DNA of 64,000 bases from an uncultured bacterium (GTDB lineage Bacteria; Oederibacteriota; PGYV01; CAWJRG01). The notes below the pieces were generated by a model. It saw only the letters and a list, made by a program, of their open reading frames with translations. It was not told the origin of the DNA and ran no database searches. The DNA lies in contig CAWJRG010000009.1 in the NCBI GenBank assembly GCA_963845185.1, positions 936,315 through 1,000,314 on the forward strand, given 5' to 3'. Both the position numbers and the translations under genes were made by a program. Below are positions 1-9,497 of the stretch, one piece after another. Every line of letters begins with the position of its first letter. The stretch's first letter is position 1.

Positions 1-95
1 TCTTCCTGCCTGTAAGCTGTAAAAACCGACTGCGAGCAGTTAAAGGCTTTTTTATATATCTCTATTGCTTTTTCATATCTTTGTGTATTTGCCAT
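1..95 (-). CDS. N-terminal fragment of probable C_GCAxxG_C_C family redox protein (runs off window edge)
   Basis: Manual translation from ATG at 95: MANTQRYEKAIEIYKKAFNCSQSVFTAYRQE; FNCSQSV resembles the family's N-terminal NC(A/S)QSV motif. Not in ORF track. Confidence 0.6.
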   Translation of the reverse strand, partial: MANTQRYEKAIEIYKKAFNCSQSVFTAYRQE

Positions 96-122
96 ATTAT
101 CGCCCTATCCTTTTCAATCTAA

Positions 123-273
123 CAGGTTGCTGAAAAATGCTGAAACTTGTCATTGCGAGCCCCGTTTTTATTTTTACGGGGCGTGGCAATCTCGTTTTTC
201 CTTTTAAATACTGGGATTGCTTCGTCGCTTCGCTCCTCGCAATGACACCGCAAAATAGTTTCTCAGCAACCTG
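123..273. mobile_element. MITE, 151 bp, with 15-bp TIRs and 4-bp target duplication, carrying an internal REP-like palindrome
   Basis: TIRs CAGGTTGCTGAAAAA (123-137) and TTTCTCAGCAACCTG (259-273), 14/15 match; CTAA direct repeat at 119-122 and 274-277; internal GTCATTGCGAG (149-159) pairs with CTCGCAATGAC (236-246). Confidence 0.8.
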
Positions 274-284
274 CTAAAATTATT

Positions 285-2075
285 TTACTTCTTACTTCCG
301 GCCATCCTTCCTGCCTCTGCCACTATATTCGCGGCAGTATCATTTGAAAGCATAAGTTCAATAGTGGTGATATCCCCGCATGAATTCTCGCCCTGTGTTT
401 CAAATCCCTTGAATATATTTTTGACTGCCGCGATATTGCTCTCATAGCTGTCCGTATAAAAATAAGCAACCGGCAAACTGAGTTTGTCCGCGTCTTTTAC
501 TCCAAACTCGTCGGAATTAAAGCCTTCGTACCAGAGGTAATTGATATCCCTGACAAGCGCCATGGGCTCTATCATGGAAAAAAGCGGCAGCGGAATCATG
601 AAGGCCTTCCTGAAATCGTCAAGGCTGTAAAGTTTGCTTTGGTAGTCTATGCCGATGTCCGGATGGTCCTCTTCGTCAAAAACTTTGGCGAGAACATCTT
701 TGTTTGTCATTTTCCCGTAGCCAAGCTCCTCTGAAAACGGGCTCAAAGCGTCTGGTTTTAAAACCATCAGGTCGGACAGGGTTTTTATTTTCAGGAAAAA
801 CTTCAGGTCTTCTGTCATTGACTCGCCTTTTGCCACAAGTTCATCGTAATAAAAAACATTTTTCCTGAAAAAACTTTTGCTGCCGTCGTTTCCTGTAATT
901 GACGGGTTTATTAAAATCATGCCCTTGATGAAATTCTGGAAATTTATCCCGGAAGTGAGCGCTGCCGCCACCTGGTCGAACCCGTCCCCCCACGTCAGTA
1001 TGTAGGCGTCGGTTTCCCTTCCGGCAATATAATATAGCGCGTCTTTGATGTCGCTTATAAATTCCTTCAATCCCCAGCCTTTGACCACTTTTGCTATGTC
1101 ATCTTCCCTGTAAAAAGGCACGTTATTATTCCTGTTTACCAGGACATAATTCTGGAACCCGGCCTTAATCAGGCCGGACAATATTTTATATGACCATCCC
1201 GCGCCCAGGTCGGACCCGGGTATTATTATAATAGTTTTATTTTTTTTGGCAGGCGGAAATTTATAAAGCATCACCCTTATATATTGAAAATATTTGTCAT
1301 ACTCCTGGCTGGCGCCTATATGTTTTATTACATAAGGAAGGCGCATTTTATCGCCCCTGATATGCGCTATTATGTCCATAAATTCCCCGAAAGTGGTATT
1401 TTTATATATAACGTACCGGTTAAGGTTGTATTTATCCGAGTTTAAGTTGTTCGGGCCGTCGTTTACGCCGAAAATAAGCTTGTAATAATCCCTGCAGAAA
1501 TTCTTCACCCTGGCGTCAAACATGCCGTAAGGATAGGCAAAAGTATCCAGCTCCCGTCCGAGCGCTTTTTCAAGCCTCTGCTTTGATTTGACCACCTCAA
1601 AATTAAGTCCGGCTTTGCTTAATTTTGTGAGTAAAGGGTGCGTGTAGCTGTGGCATCCGAATTCGATCAGCGGGTTGGTTTTAAGCAGGTCCAAATCTTT
1701 TTCTTTAATATAACTTTCGTCGTCGCTGTAAATTACTCCCGGATACAAATAGAATGTCACCGGGATGTTATTTTTTACGACAATTGGGACAATATCCATG
1801 ATGCTTTTCCATCCGTCATCTACGGTCAATACAACATTATTGCCTATATTATTTGCTTCCGAATAATACGCCTTTTCCAGTTCCGAGACCCTTATTATCG
1901 GCACCCTGTTCTTTTTTATGTAATCAATCTGCCATTCAAAAACATCCGGCAAAACAGCGTAAAGGTCATTAAGCGAATAGGTGAACTTATGATAGCAAAG
2001 CGTGACATTTTCCGCCAGCAAGGCGGTAAAAAAAATTATAACAATAAAAAATAAAAAAACTGTTTTTTTCATCAA
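285..2075 (-). CDS. Secreted NodB-type polysaccharide deacetylase fused to a degenerate alpha/beta-hydrolase-like domain
   Basis: Signal peptide; LTVDDGW, HSYTHP, FAYPYG carbohydrate esterase 4 motifs; C-terminal half has hydrolase-like strand pattern (IIIIPGS, ILTWGDG, IKGMILINP). Confidence 0.75.
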   Translation of the reverse strand: MMKKTVFLFFIVIIFFTALLAENVTLCYHKFTYSLNDLYAVLPDVFEWQIDYIKKNRVPIIRVSELEKAYYSEANNIGNNVVLTVDDGWKSIMDIVPIVVKNNIPVTFYLYPGVIYSDDESYIKEKDLDLLKTNPLIEFGCHSYTHPLLTKLSKAGLNFEVVKSKQRLEKALGRELDTFAYPYGMFDARVKNFCRDYYKLIFGVNDGPNNLNSDKYNLNRYVIYKNTTFGEFMDIIAHIRGDKMRLPYVIKHIGASQEYDKYFQYIRVMLYKFPPAKKNKTIIIIPGSDLGAGWSYKILSGLIKAGFQNYVLVNRNNNVPFYREDDIAKVVKGWGLKEFISDIKDALYYIAGRETDAYILTWGDGFDQVAAALTSGINFQNFIKGMILINPSITGNDGSKSFFRKNVFYYDELVAKGESMTEDLKFFLKIKTLSDLMVLKPDALSPFSEELGYGKMTNKDVLAKVFDEEDHPDIGIDYQSKLYSLDDFRKAFMIPLPLFSMIEPMALVRDINYLWYEGFNSDEFGVKDADKLSLPVAYFYTDSYESNIAAVKNIFKGFETQGENSCGDITTIELMLSNDTAANIVAEAGRMAGSKK

Positions 2076-2150
2076 AATAGTCCTTTCGTGAATTCAGCAT
2101 CATTGCATAAAGTGTTTTGAAATCATGCCTGAAACAGGCAGGAAAAACCG

Positions 2151-2504
2151 TTATTTTTTGAAAGCTTTTATTGCATCTTCAATGCTGCCATATGCATGTA
2201 TTATATAATCAAGCCCCATTTGTTTAAAAACGTCGCTTACCTGGTCATTCATGCAGCAGAGCTTAATGTCGCCTTTATTATCCCGCGCAAATTTTAAATT
2301 GCCTATGAATACAACCCAGCCTGAACTGTTTATGTATTCAAGTCCTTCCATATCAATTAAAATTTGATAATTTTCCTCTTCAAGCAATTTCATTATGGTC
2401 TTTTCTATCTCCGGATAGGTTTCTGCTTCCATTCTGCCTTTTACCCTTATTATCCTGACACCGTCACGTTCTTCCTGCTTTACTTCAAGTTGTTCGTCAT
2501 CCAT
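2151..2504 (-). CDS. STAS domain anti-sigma-factor antagonist
   Basis: LIDMEGLEYINSSG motif with phosphorylatable Ser; 117 aa. Confidence 0.9.
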   Translation of the reverse strand: MDDEQLEVKQEERDGVRIIRVKGRMEAETYPEIEKTIMKLLEEENYQILIDMEGLEYINSSGWVVFIGNLKFARDNKGDIKLCCMNDQVSDVFKQMGLDYIIHAYGSIEDAIKAFKK

Positions 2505-2633
2505 TTTTATCCTCGTTTTATAGTGCTTAAAGTTACAAACAATAATTTATCACACCAAAATAATTTCCGCAATTAAATTTTATGCTGATTTCCGTCGCGG
2601 TTCCAAAAAACATTCGCTCGTTTTAAATTTAAT

Positions 2634-3071
2634 TTATGATTTTTTCATTAAAAAATAATTGCGGTTTGATTTTATTATTTCGCCGTTTTTGTTTAATTTC
2701 CTGATGGTTTTCCCATCAGTCATGAGAAAATAAAGAATATCGCCGGAATTATCAGGCAAAAGGCGGTATAGTATCGCGGTGTTGTCATTTTTAAACCCCT
2801 TAAGCGGCGCCCATTTGCCCTTTATTTCAACAACCCTTTCCCTTTCTTTTAAGAAAAGAAATGTTTCTTTCAGCGAAAATGTCATATCGCCTTTTAAAGT
2901 TAGAATGGTGGTTACGCCTTTACAGCCTTTGCAGGGCAGCTCGCCTTCGTACACCACCGGCGGCCCCGGCTTTTTTGCGGCCACACAATTTAAAAGTATT
3001 AATATAATTACCGGTATTATTAACCGGATTTTTTTCAAACAGTAAATATTCCCATTATGTATTTTAGTCAT
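2634..3071 (-). CDS. NlpE N-terminal domain (copper resistance-type) lipoprotein
   Basis: Lipobox-like LLNC and YEGELPCKGCKG motif; start placed at ATG 3071, immediately after the upstream stop. Confidence 0.75.
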   Translation of the reverse strand: MTKIHNGNIYCLKKIRLIIPVIILILLNCVAAKKPGPPVVYEGELPCKGCKGVTTILTLKGDMTFSLKETFLFLKERERVVEIKGKWAPLKGFKNDNTAILYRLLPDNSGDILYFLMTDGKTIRKLNKNGEIIKSNRNYFLMKKS

Positions 3072-3072
3072 T

Positions 3073-3372
3073 TTACTCTTTTGTATGTTGTTTTTTTCTG
3101 TAAATAAATACACCTGTAGCCTCTTTGTCGCTGTTCACTGCTTCCCCGTCAAAACCCATCATGACAAGTCTGGACACTGCCCGCTGTGCATCCACGCTAA
3201 AAGCAGCAAAGTCAAACATCCATAAATCATTTTTTTTATCAACATTGTGCTTTTTAAAAAGCGCCTTTTGCGGGTCCTTCGCTGCTCCCGCATACCATTC
3301 TGAATGTATGCCGCCTTTTTCCGCTGTATATTTAAGAATCTCATCTAAAATATCTTTTTCATTCAGTGCCAT
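3073..3372 (-). CDS. Hypothetical protein
   Basis: ATG at 3372 preceded by AAGGAG; globular-looking 99 aa (MALNEKDILDEI...WYAG...YRK). Confidence 0.7.
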   Translation of the reverse strand: MALNEKDILDEILKYTAEKGGIHSEWYAGAAKDPQKALFKKHNVDKKNDLWMFDFAAFSVDAQRAVSRLVMMGFDGEAVNSDKEATGVFIYRKKQHTKE

Positions 3373-3512
3373 TTGCCGGTCTCCTTTTCCTAAAAAGGGC
3401 GTGTAATAAATTAAAACCTGACAAAATGGCCCAGCCAGAACATAAAAGGAATTACAAGTATATGCAATACCCACCACAGCGGCCTTAAAAACTTGAATTT
3501 GTCCATTTTATT

Positions 3513-3971
3513 TTACCTCCACAAAAGGTTTCCAAGATAATATACAAGCGAAAGAAGAATAAGGTGCACATACCAGAATCCCATATTAGGATACCTTATC
3601 CAGCGCCAGCCCTGACTTTTAAGAGGAGCTTCCACCTGATAAACTTCAAAACAAAAAATTATCCTGCCCAGCAGGAACTTACACCATAAAATAAATATGT
3701 CTGGAATCAAAGGTGCCTTTATTATTGAAAAATGAACCATTGTAATTGTTCCGATAATAGCCAAAAAACCGTTCAGGATATAGGCAAGATTAAGTGTTTT
3801 CCTGAAAATAAAAAGCAAGGGTATTACCAGCGCACTTAAAACCCCCGCTATAAAAGGTATATATCCGTATACATGTTTGGAAATCGGATGTACGCGGAGA
3901 TGCAGCAGCAAGCCGCCAAGCGAAACCAGGAACAAGGCAATAATCATCATGGTTTTTACGTATCTTCTCAT
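3513..3971 (-). CDS. Hypothetical multi-pass membrane protein
   Basis: AGGAGG RBS; 4-5 hydrophobic segments, several membrane His residues. Confidence 0.75.
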   Translation of the reverse strand: MRRYVKTMMIIALFLVSLGGLLLHLRVHPISKHVYGYIPFIAGVLSALVIPLLFIFRKTLNLAYILNGFLAIIGTITMVHFSIIKAPLIPDIFILWCKFLLGRIIFCFEVYQVEAPLKSQGWRWIRYPNMGFWYVHLILLSLVYYLGNLLWR

Positions 3972-4061
3972 TTCTTACACCTCCTTTTCGCATATATTAT
4001 CATAAACTTTAAAATTTAAAACATAAAACTTTATAATTTCTGAGTATTAAGCAAAAAAAAA

Positions 4062-4100
4062 GGAACAGGTATTGAAAATTTTACGTCTAAATGGTAATAT
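4062..4100 (+). promoter_or_regulatory. Overlapping sigma70-like and ECF-like promoter candidates
   Basis: TTGAAA-17-TAATAT with extended TG (4072-4100); GGAAC-17-CGTCTAA (4062-4090). Confidence 0.45.
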
Positions 4101-4125
4101 GAATAAACAATTTTAAAGGAGGCTG

Positions 4126-4857
4126 TTGATGAAAAAAAATAACGTTCAAACTTTAAAGTTTCTTGCTATTGCAGCATTGTTATTACCCGTGTTATTTTCC
4201 GGTTGCACGCATGCTTATCTTGTTATGGTAGATTCTATAGGTAATAATCAGGCGCCGCAAAATGCAAGTTATATAATAGCGGCGGGCAACTCAAATACCG
4301 ACTCAAACGACCTGCAGTTCCAGGAATATTCTTCGTACTTAGCTACGGCATTAAACGCACTGGGATATAAGCAGGTTGATTCTTCCCAGGCAGATAACGC
4401 GGATATTGAAATATTTCTGTCATATGGCGTGGGTGATCCCCAGAAACATCAATATTCCTATTCGGAACCTGTCTGGGGCCAGACAGGTACGCAGACAACC
4501 CAATATGCAACGGTAAGCAACGTCCACGGTACCCAGGTCATTAATTCTTACACGGATACGGAACCGGATTATGGCGTTGTCGGCTATACCACCCAGGTCG
4601 GTGAATATACTACTTATGAAAAATATGTATTGATAGACGCTTATGACCTGAAAACCCGTACTTCCGACAACAAACTAAAGCATCTTTGGAAAACGTCAAT
4701 AAACTGCTCAAGCAAAACTCCAAAGTTGAGAAAAGTATTCCCTATTCTAATAGCCGGTGCATGGCCGTATCTTGGAAAAAATACCGGTCAGGAAATAGAA
4801 GTTACCGTGCCTGTCGATTCAGAAGCCGTAAGTAAATTAAAGGGTACAACTCGATAA
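4126..4857 (+). CDS. DUF4136-like lipoprotein
   Basis: AAGGAGG RBS; lipobox FSGC; LGY...ADIEIFLSYG...LIDAYDLK...LWKT pattern. Confidence 0.65.
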   Translation: MMKKNNVQTLKFLAIAALLLPVLFSGCTHAYLVMVDSIGNNQAPQNASYIIAAGNSNTDSNDLQFQEYSSYLATALNALGYKQVDSSQADNADIEIFLSYGVGDPQKHQYSYSEPVWGQTGTQTTQYATVSNVHGTQVINSYTDTEPDYGVVGYTTQVGEYTTYEKYVLIDAYDLKTRTSDNKLKHLWKTSINCSSKTPKLRKVFPILIAGAWPYLGKNTGQEIEVTVPVDSEAVSKLKGTTR

Positions 4858-4925
4858 ATTTTATTCAAAATATATTTTTAAATCTTTGGGTTGCATTCTA
4901 AAATTTTTATAATTAGGATTATCTC

Positions 4926-5456
4926 ATGAAAAAAATCACACTTATTTTGATAAGCATTATAATAATATTCCACCCTGTCATTGCAAGTCAATCTTACAAT
5001 AAAAAACTTGAAGTAAAAGTTCACGAGCTAATAAATAAAGAGCGTATGAAGCACGGCTTAAAACCTTTCAAATACAGCAAGAAATTATCTCAAATAGCAA
5101 GGGCGCACAGCATCGATATGGCAAACAGGGATTATACCAGCCATTATACGCCTGAAGGCTTGAATCCGTGGCAGCGCGCTGGAAAAGCAGGATTTAATAT
5201 CTACAAAAAAGAAAAAAACGGAATAAGAAAAGGCGTGGGTGAAAATATTTATCAGCACTGGACCGCGATTGAACAAAACAACATCAAAACTCCATATCTT
5301 GAAAGCATAAATAAAGTCGCGCAGACTGCCGTGGAATCCTGGATGAACAGTCCGGAACACCGCGATAATATACTTAACCCGGATTACACAATGGCAGGTA
5401 TTGGCGCGGCTGTATCCAGTGATAAAAAAATTAAAATAACACAGGAATTTTTTTAG
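4926..5456 (+). CDS. CAP (SCP-like) domain secreted protein
   Basis: LINKER, ARAHSIDM, GENI, WMNSPEHRDNIL motifs. Confidence 0.92.
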   Translation: MKKITLILISIIIIFHPVIASQSYNKKLEVKVHELINKERMKHGLKPFKYSKKLSQIARAHSIDMANRDYTSHYTPEGLNPWQRAGKAGFNIYKKEKNGIRKGVGENIYQHWTAIEQNNIKTPYLESINKVAQTAVESWMNSPEHRDNILNPDYTMAGIGAAVSSDKKIKITQEFF

Positions 5457-5491
5457 GGGTATTCCGAGAAATTTTCCGGACTGAAATTAAT

Positions 5492-6646
5492 CTATTTACC
5501 AGGGGGAGCTTTATATATTCTTTTATAAATGTAGTAATTGTGTTTTACTCCGTGGCTGTCAATAGTTTCCATGGCTGTCTGTTGAAAATTTGATTTATAA
5601 TATTTTTTATTATTAAATTCCTGATGAAAAGGTATTCCTACAATTATCTCACTGCCTTCTGACTTCGCATGTGCCATCAGGCGCGCCGTGACAGTTATTG
5701 TGTTGCCGTAAATATTCAGGGATTTCTGACCTGCCACCTCAACTTCACTCAGCAGGTCTTTACCGTTATTAACCGCGACTCTTATCTTCCATTCGCCGAT
5801 TTTCCTCTTTCTATTTTCCGTATTAACTTTGTTCAATCGGTCGAAAAACTTCATTGCGAAAGTAAAGTTTATATCCGCTTCATCGCGGTCCCCCAAAAAA
5901 CAAATATAAGCTCCATCCCCTACAAGTATCAATAGATAATCGCTGTAACTTGCAAGTAATTCGTCTAGTATTGAGTTAAACTGAGGTATCCAGTAGTCAC
6001 GCTGGGTTTCAAGATAAGCCTCGGTCGAGGAACGTATATCCAGCCCCACGCAAGAATTAAAATACTCTTTGCCGGGTTGCAGTACTTTTGAAAAATTTGC
6101 CGGCAGGAAAATATTATTGGCCCGCACCCTTGCAGCTTCTTGCTCGTCGGACACAACCTGAAATTTATATTTAAACCCTTCATAATATTCCGAATCTTCA
6201 GGAAATATAAAACCGTTATATTTATAAAAAGCAGCCACAGCATCCGAACCTGCTTTTTGTAGCCATTTATTTACAGCAATCCTGTCGGCTTTACTGGTAG
6301 CAACAAAAAATACAGAATCGTCCTGCCTCAGCTCCTCACCAACTCCATAAGAAAGAAGCTTGTATTCGTTAGCTCTTTTTATAAAAGTGCCCCCAAAAGA
6401 GCCGGCTTTTTGTATTGCCGGCGACTGCTTGCTTTGAGTATCTGGTGGCCATCCGTCAAAAATACGCCATGCGTTTTTGTCCCATTTTATATGGCTCTGA
6501 ATACGCGATAATGTATTTTTCTCATCAGTACAAAGTTTCACATCAAGACTTTCCAGGTCCCTGCCTATTAGATAAGTCTTATTTTTATCTTTTAGTTCAA
6601 TGGTCTCCTGTTTTCCGCATACACCACAGAAAAAAGAAAGTTTCAT
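5492..6646 (-). CDS. FHA domain fused to class III nucleotidyl cyclase domain
   Basis: FHA-like IGR...SR...GGTF; cyclase motifs LDIRSST, VGDGAY, KIRVAVNNG, NIYGNTITVTARL. Confidence 0.75.
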   Translation of the reverse strand: MKLSFFCGVCGKQETIELKDKNKTYLIGRDLESLDVKLCTDEKNTLSRIQSHIKWDKNAWRIFDGWPPDTQSKQSPAIQKAGSFGGTFIKRANEYKLLSYGVGEELRQDDSVFFVATSKADRIAVNKWLQKAGSDAVAAFYKYNGFIFPEDSEYYEGFKYKFQVVSDEQEAARVRANNIFLPANFSKVLQPGKEYFNSCVGLDIRSSTEAYLETQRDYWIPQFNSILDELLASYSDYLLILVGDGAYICFLGDRDEADINFTFAMKFFDRLNKVNTENRKRKIGEWKIRVAVNNGKDLLSEVEVAGQKSLNIYGNTITVTARLMAHAKSEGSEIIVGIPFHQEFNNKKYYKSNFQQTAMETIDSHGVKHNYYIYKRIYKAPPGK

Positions 6647-6788
6647 TTACTGCTAATCCTCCGTTATTATAATTTCCATCATTTGTGATAAATTATATCA
6701 TAACTTGCAAAAAAATTCTATTGTAGTTTTAATTTGAAAATTATTTGTTAGTTAATTTTTACAGACTAAATTTGAATTCAAATGAATA

Positions 6789-7778
6789 TTATTTTAAAAA
6801 ATGTATAAGAAAATAGGCAATAGCCGCTATCGCAGCAGAGCAAGGTATTGTGATTATCCATGCCCATATTATGCTCCCGGCTATTCCCCATCGTACAGCA
6901 CTTATTCTCTTCCTTGAGCCTACACCCATTATGGCGCCTGTTATTGTATGAGTTGTAGATACAGGGATACCCATAGACGATGAAGAAAATAAACTTATTG
7001 CCGCGCTGATCTCTGCGCAGAACCCGTCTATTGGTCTTAATTTAGTAATCTTTTGGCCCATTGTTTTCACTATTCTCCACCCGCCAAGCATGGTGCCAAA
7101 AGCAATAGCTACATAACAAGCCACTACAATCCAAAACGGTACATGAAATTTTTTTCCAAGAAGTCCTTCGCTAAATAAAAGGCTAGCTATTATTCCCATT
7201 GTTTTTTGAGCATCGTTGCCTCCATGCCCCATACTATATAAAGATGCTGAAAAAAGCTGCCCTTTTCTAAAAAAATGGTCGACTTTCATGGGTGAACTGG
7301 TGTGAAATAACCAGTAAATACTTCTGCTAAGCAACCCGCCCAAAATAAAACCTAACAAAGGAGAAATAACAATGAAAGCACTCGTTTTTAATATGCCTGA
7401 AATAATAAGTGCTTGTGGTCCTGCTTTTATAAACGCGGCACCTATCATGCCTCCAATTAACGCATGCGAGGAGCTTGTGGGTAAACCAAAATACCATGTA
7501 ATAATATCCCAGATGCATGCCCCCATAAGCGTCCCGAAAATTATATATTTATCCACTATAGCAATATTAATAATACCTTTCCCTATGGTATTTGCCACAT
7601 GAAGGCCGAAAAAAAAGAAAGCTACAAAATTAAAAAATGCTGCCCATACGACAGCAATTCGCGGAGACATTACCCTAGTCGAAACAACAGTTGCTATTGA
7701 ATTGGCAGAGTCATGAAAGCCGTTTAAGAAGTCAAATGTAAGCGCAAGTATAATAAGCAATACTATAGCTAAAGTCAT
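6789..7778 (-). CDS. pit: PiT family inorganic phosphate transporter
   Basis: GFHDSANSIAT, GLPTSSSHA, HGGNDAQK, GIPVSTTH signature motifs. Confidence 0.95.
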   Translation of the reverse strand: MTLAIVLLIILALTFDFLNGFHDSANSIATVVSTRVMSPRIAVVWAAFFNFVAFFFFGLHVANTIGKGIINIAIVDKYIIFGTLMGACIWDIITWYFGLPTSSSHALIGGMIGAAFIKAGPQALIISGILKTSAFIVISPLLGFILGGLLSRSIYWLFHTSSPMKVDHFFRKGQLFSASLYSMGHGGNDAQKTMGIIASLLFSEGLLGKKFHVPFWIVVACYVAIAFGTMLGGWRIVKTMGQKITKLRPIDGFCAEISAAISLFSSSSMGIPVSTTHTITGAIMGVGSRKRISAVRWGIAGSIIWAWIITIPCSAAIAAIAYFLIHFLK

Positions 7779-7846
7779 ATTTTCTCCAATTTGATCTCAA
7801 TCAATAACTGAATTTATAGATTATTCTTTTTATTGTATATAATGTA

Positions 7847-8473
7847 TTACGCTTGCTTGACAATTATTGATTCAATAACATGAGCTACAACCTTGCAGAT
7901 GTCTAGTACGGTTTCCGCATCCTGATAAATTTCCTTCCATTTAATAAATTCAATAGGGTCTTTTTCATTGTCAACAAGTTCGCTTAGTGCATCGTCCCTC
8001 ATTGTATCTCCCTGGCCTTCTAGCCTATTTATATCCATACAATTTTTCAAAATATTATTTGTATTTTTAAAGTTGCGAAGGTCATGCACGGCGCATGCAA
8101 TAGCACTAATGGACTCTTCTATTACATGTGAAAATTCAATTAGATTCTTGTTAATAGTTGTAATTTTATAAACTTTTAGCCGGCTGACAATTGTATTTAT
8201 CATGTCGTTGACATCGTCAAGCTTTTTAGCCAGCGTATGAATATCTTCCCTGTCAAAAGGTGTAATAAAAGTTTTGTTCAGGTTGTCAATTATGGAATAG
8301 GTTATTCTATCGCCTTCATGCTCAATATTACGCATTTTTTCGCGGGATTCTTCGTCTATTTCGCCTTTTGCCACCAGCTCCTTGAAAAGCGCACCGGCAC
8401 GGACAACGCAATCTACTTCTTTGTCAAAAGAATCAAAAAAATTAAATTCTTTGGGGAAAAGTTTTTCAAACAT
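7847..8473 (-). CDS. DUF47 (PhoU-like) Pit accessory protein
   Basis: IEHEGD, TFITPFDREDI, LEGQGD motifs; adjacent to pit. Confidence 0.93.
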   Translation of the reverse strand: MFEKLFPKEFNFFDSFDKEVDCVVRAGALFKELVAKGEIDEESREKMRNIEHEGDRITYSIIDNLNKTFITPFDREDIHTLAKKLDDVNDMINTIVSRLKVYKITTINKNLIEFSHVIEESISAIACAVHDLRNFKNTNNILKNCMDINRLEGQGDTMRDDALSELVDNEKDPIEFIKWKEIYQDAETVLDICKVVAHVIESIIVKQA

Positions 8474-8634
8474 AGTTATCTCCTTAAGCTACTGTTATCC
8501 TTTGTATTTTAGGCTTTAGTCTTAGTTGAATCATTGGCAAACATTGAGAATTATTCGAGCATCATTTTTCAGCATATTCCCATAATTTGCTTCAGGTTTA
8601 TTGGTTATGTTTTTGCTGATTTATTTGATGCGTC

Positions 8635-8663
8635 AATATAGCAGAGGGTCAAAAAAATGTCAA
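8635..8663 (-). promoter_or_regulatory. sigma70-type promoter for DUF47-pit
   Basis: Minus strand TTGACA-17 nt-TATATT with extended -10 TG. Confidence 0.65.
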
Positions 8664-8713
8664 GCTATTACGCCTAATCTTTAATAATTCACCAAATTAG
8701 ATTCAATATTACG

Positions 8714-9379
8714 TTAACTCTTAATTGCCTTTTTTACTGATGGCGCCAGCATGCCCCATGACACTAAAACAGCTAGTATTATCCAAAGCGCATCAAAACC
8801 ATTTAGTGACGAAGGCATTTTTTGTATAAAAATTCTAAAAATTTTAGCAGAAAATAGATTCATGGTTCTTGACGTTCCCCGGCTAAATTTCTGAAAAAAT
8901 AAGTCCTTTACTTGAAATAAGAAAATAAAATATTTGCCTGTTAATATGCCGAAAAGGCAGCATATGCTTGCTATAATCTGCAAAAATGTGCCCTTTTTAC
9001 CTTTTGTAAATAGCAATACCCCACTTCCGCATAAAAATCCTATACACAGCATTACATAGCCATATTCCTTGTTTGTAAGCTTGGCTAGCCAGCCCCACCC
9101 GAGTCCACCTAGCAACGCGGCTATTATGCCTCCGCTTAAAGCTGGTAAATATCCGCTTGTAATGATTTTTTCTTTTTCAACAGTTTCCAACATGTGTTGT
9201 TTTACTGTTTCAACAAATTTATCAGCTTCAACAGTCTCCATACCTGACTCAACAAGTTTTTTTGAAACTATTACTTTATCAATACCCTTATTTAATTCAG
9301 CTACTACATAATTATAAATTTGCTTGACTGTTTCTTCCCGTTTTATTTTTTCTTGCGAAGTCAATGGATCTTCCGGCAT
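8714..9379 (-). CDS. Hypothetical membrane protein
   Basis: AGGAGG RBS; soluble helical N-terminus then about four TM segments. Confidence 0.75.
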   Translation of the reverse strand: MPEDPLTSQEKIKREETVKQIYNYVVAELNKGIDKVIVSKKLVESGMETVEADKFVETVKQHMLETVEKEKIITSGYLPALSGGIIAALLGGLGWGWLAKLTNKEYGYVMLCIGFLCGSGVLLFTKGKKGTFLQIIASICCLFGILTGKYFIFLFQVKDLFFQKFSRGTSRTMNLFSAKIFRIFIQKMPSSLNGFDALWIILAVLVSWGMLAPSVKKAIKS

Positions 9380-9497
9380 GTCAACCTCCTAATTTCATGG
9401 TTCGAACAGGAAAACAAAAATTCATGTTTCTTTTTACTATTATTTCATGTATCGATTCGCGAAATAAATCTTTTTACTTCAATTACAATGCTTGTTT

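Noticed and set aside
5492..6646. Pycsar anti-phage system
   Set aside because: No adjacent cNMP-binding TIR or TM effector gene; neighbours are a CAP protein and pit.
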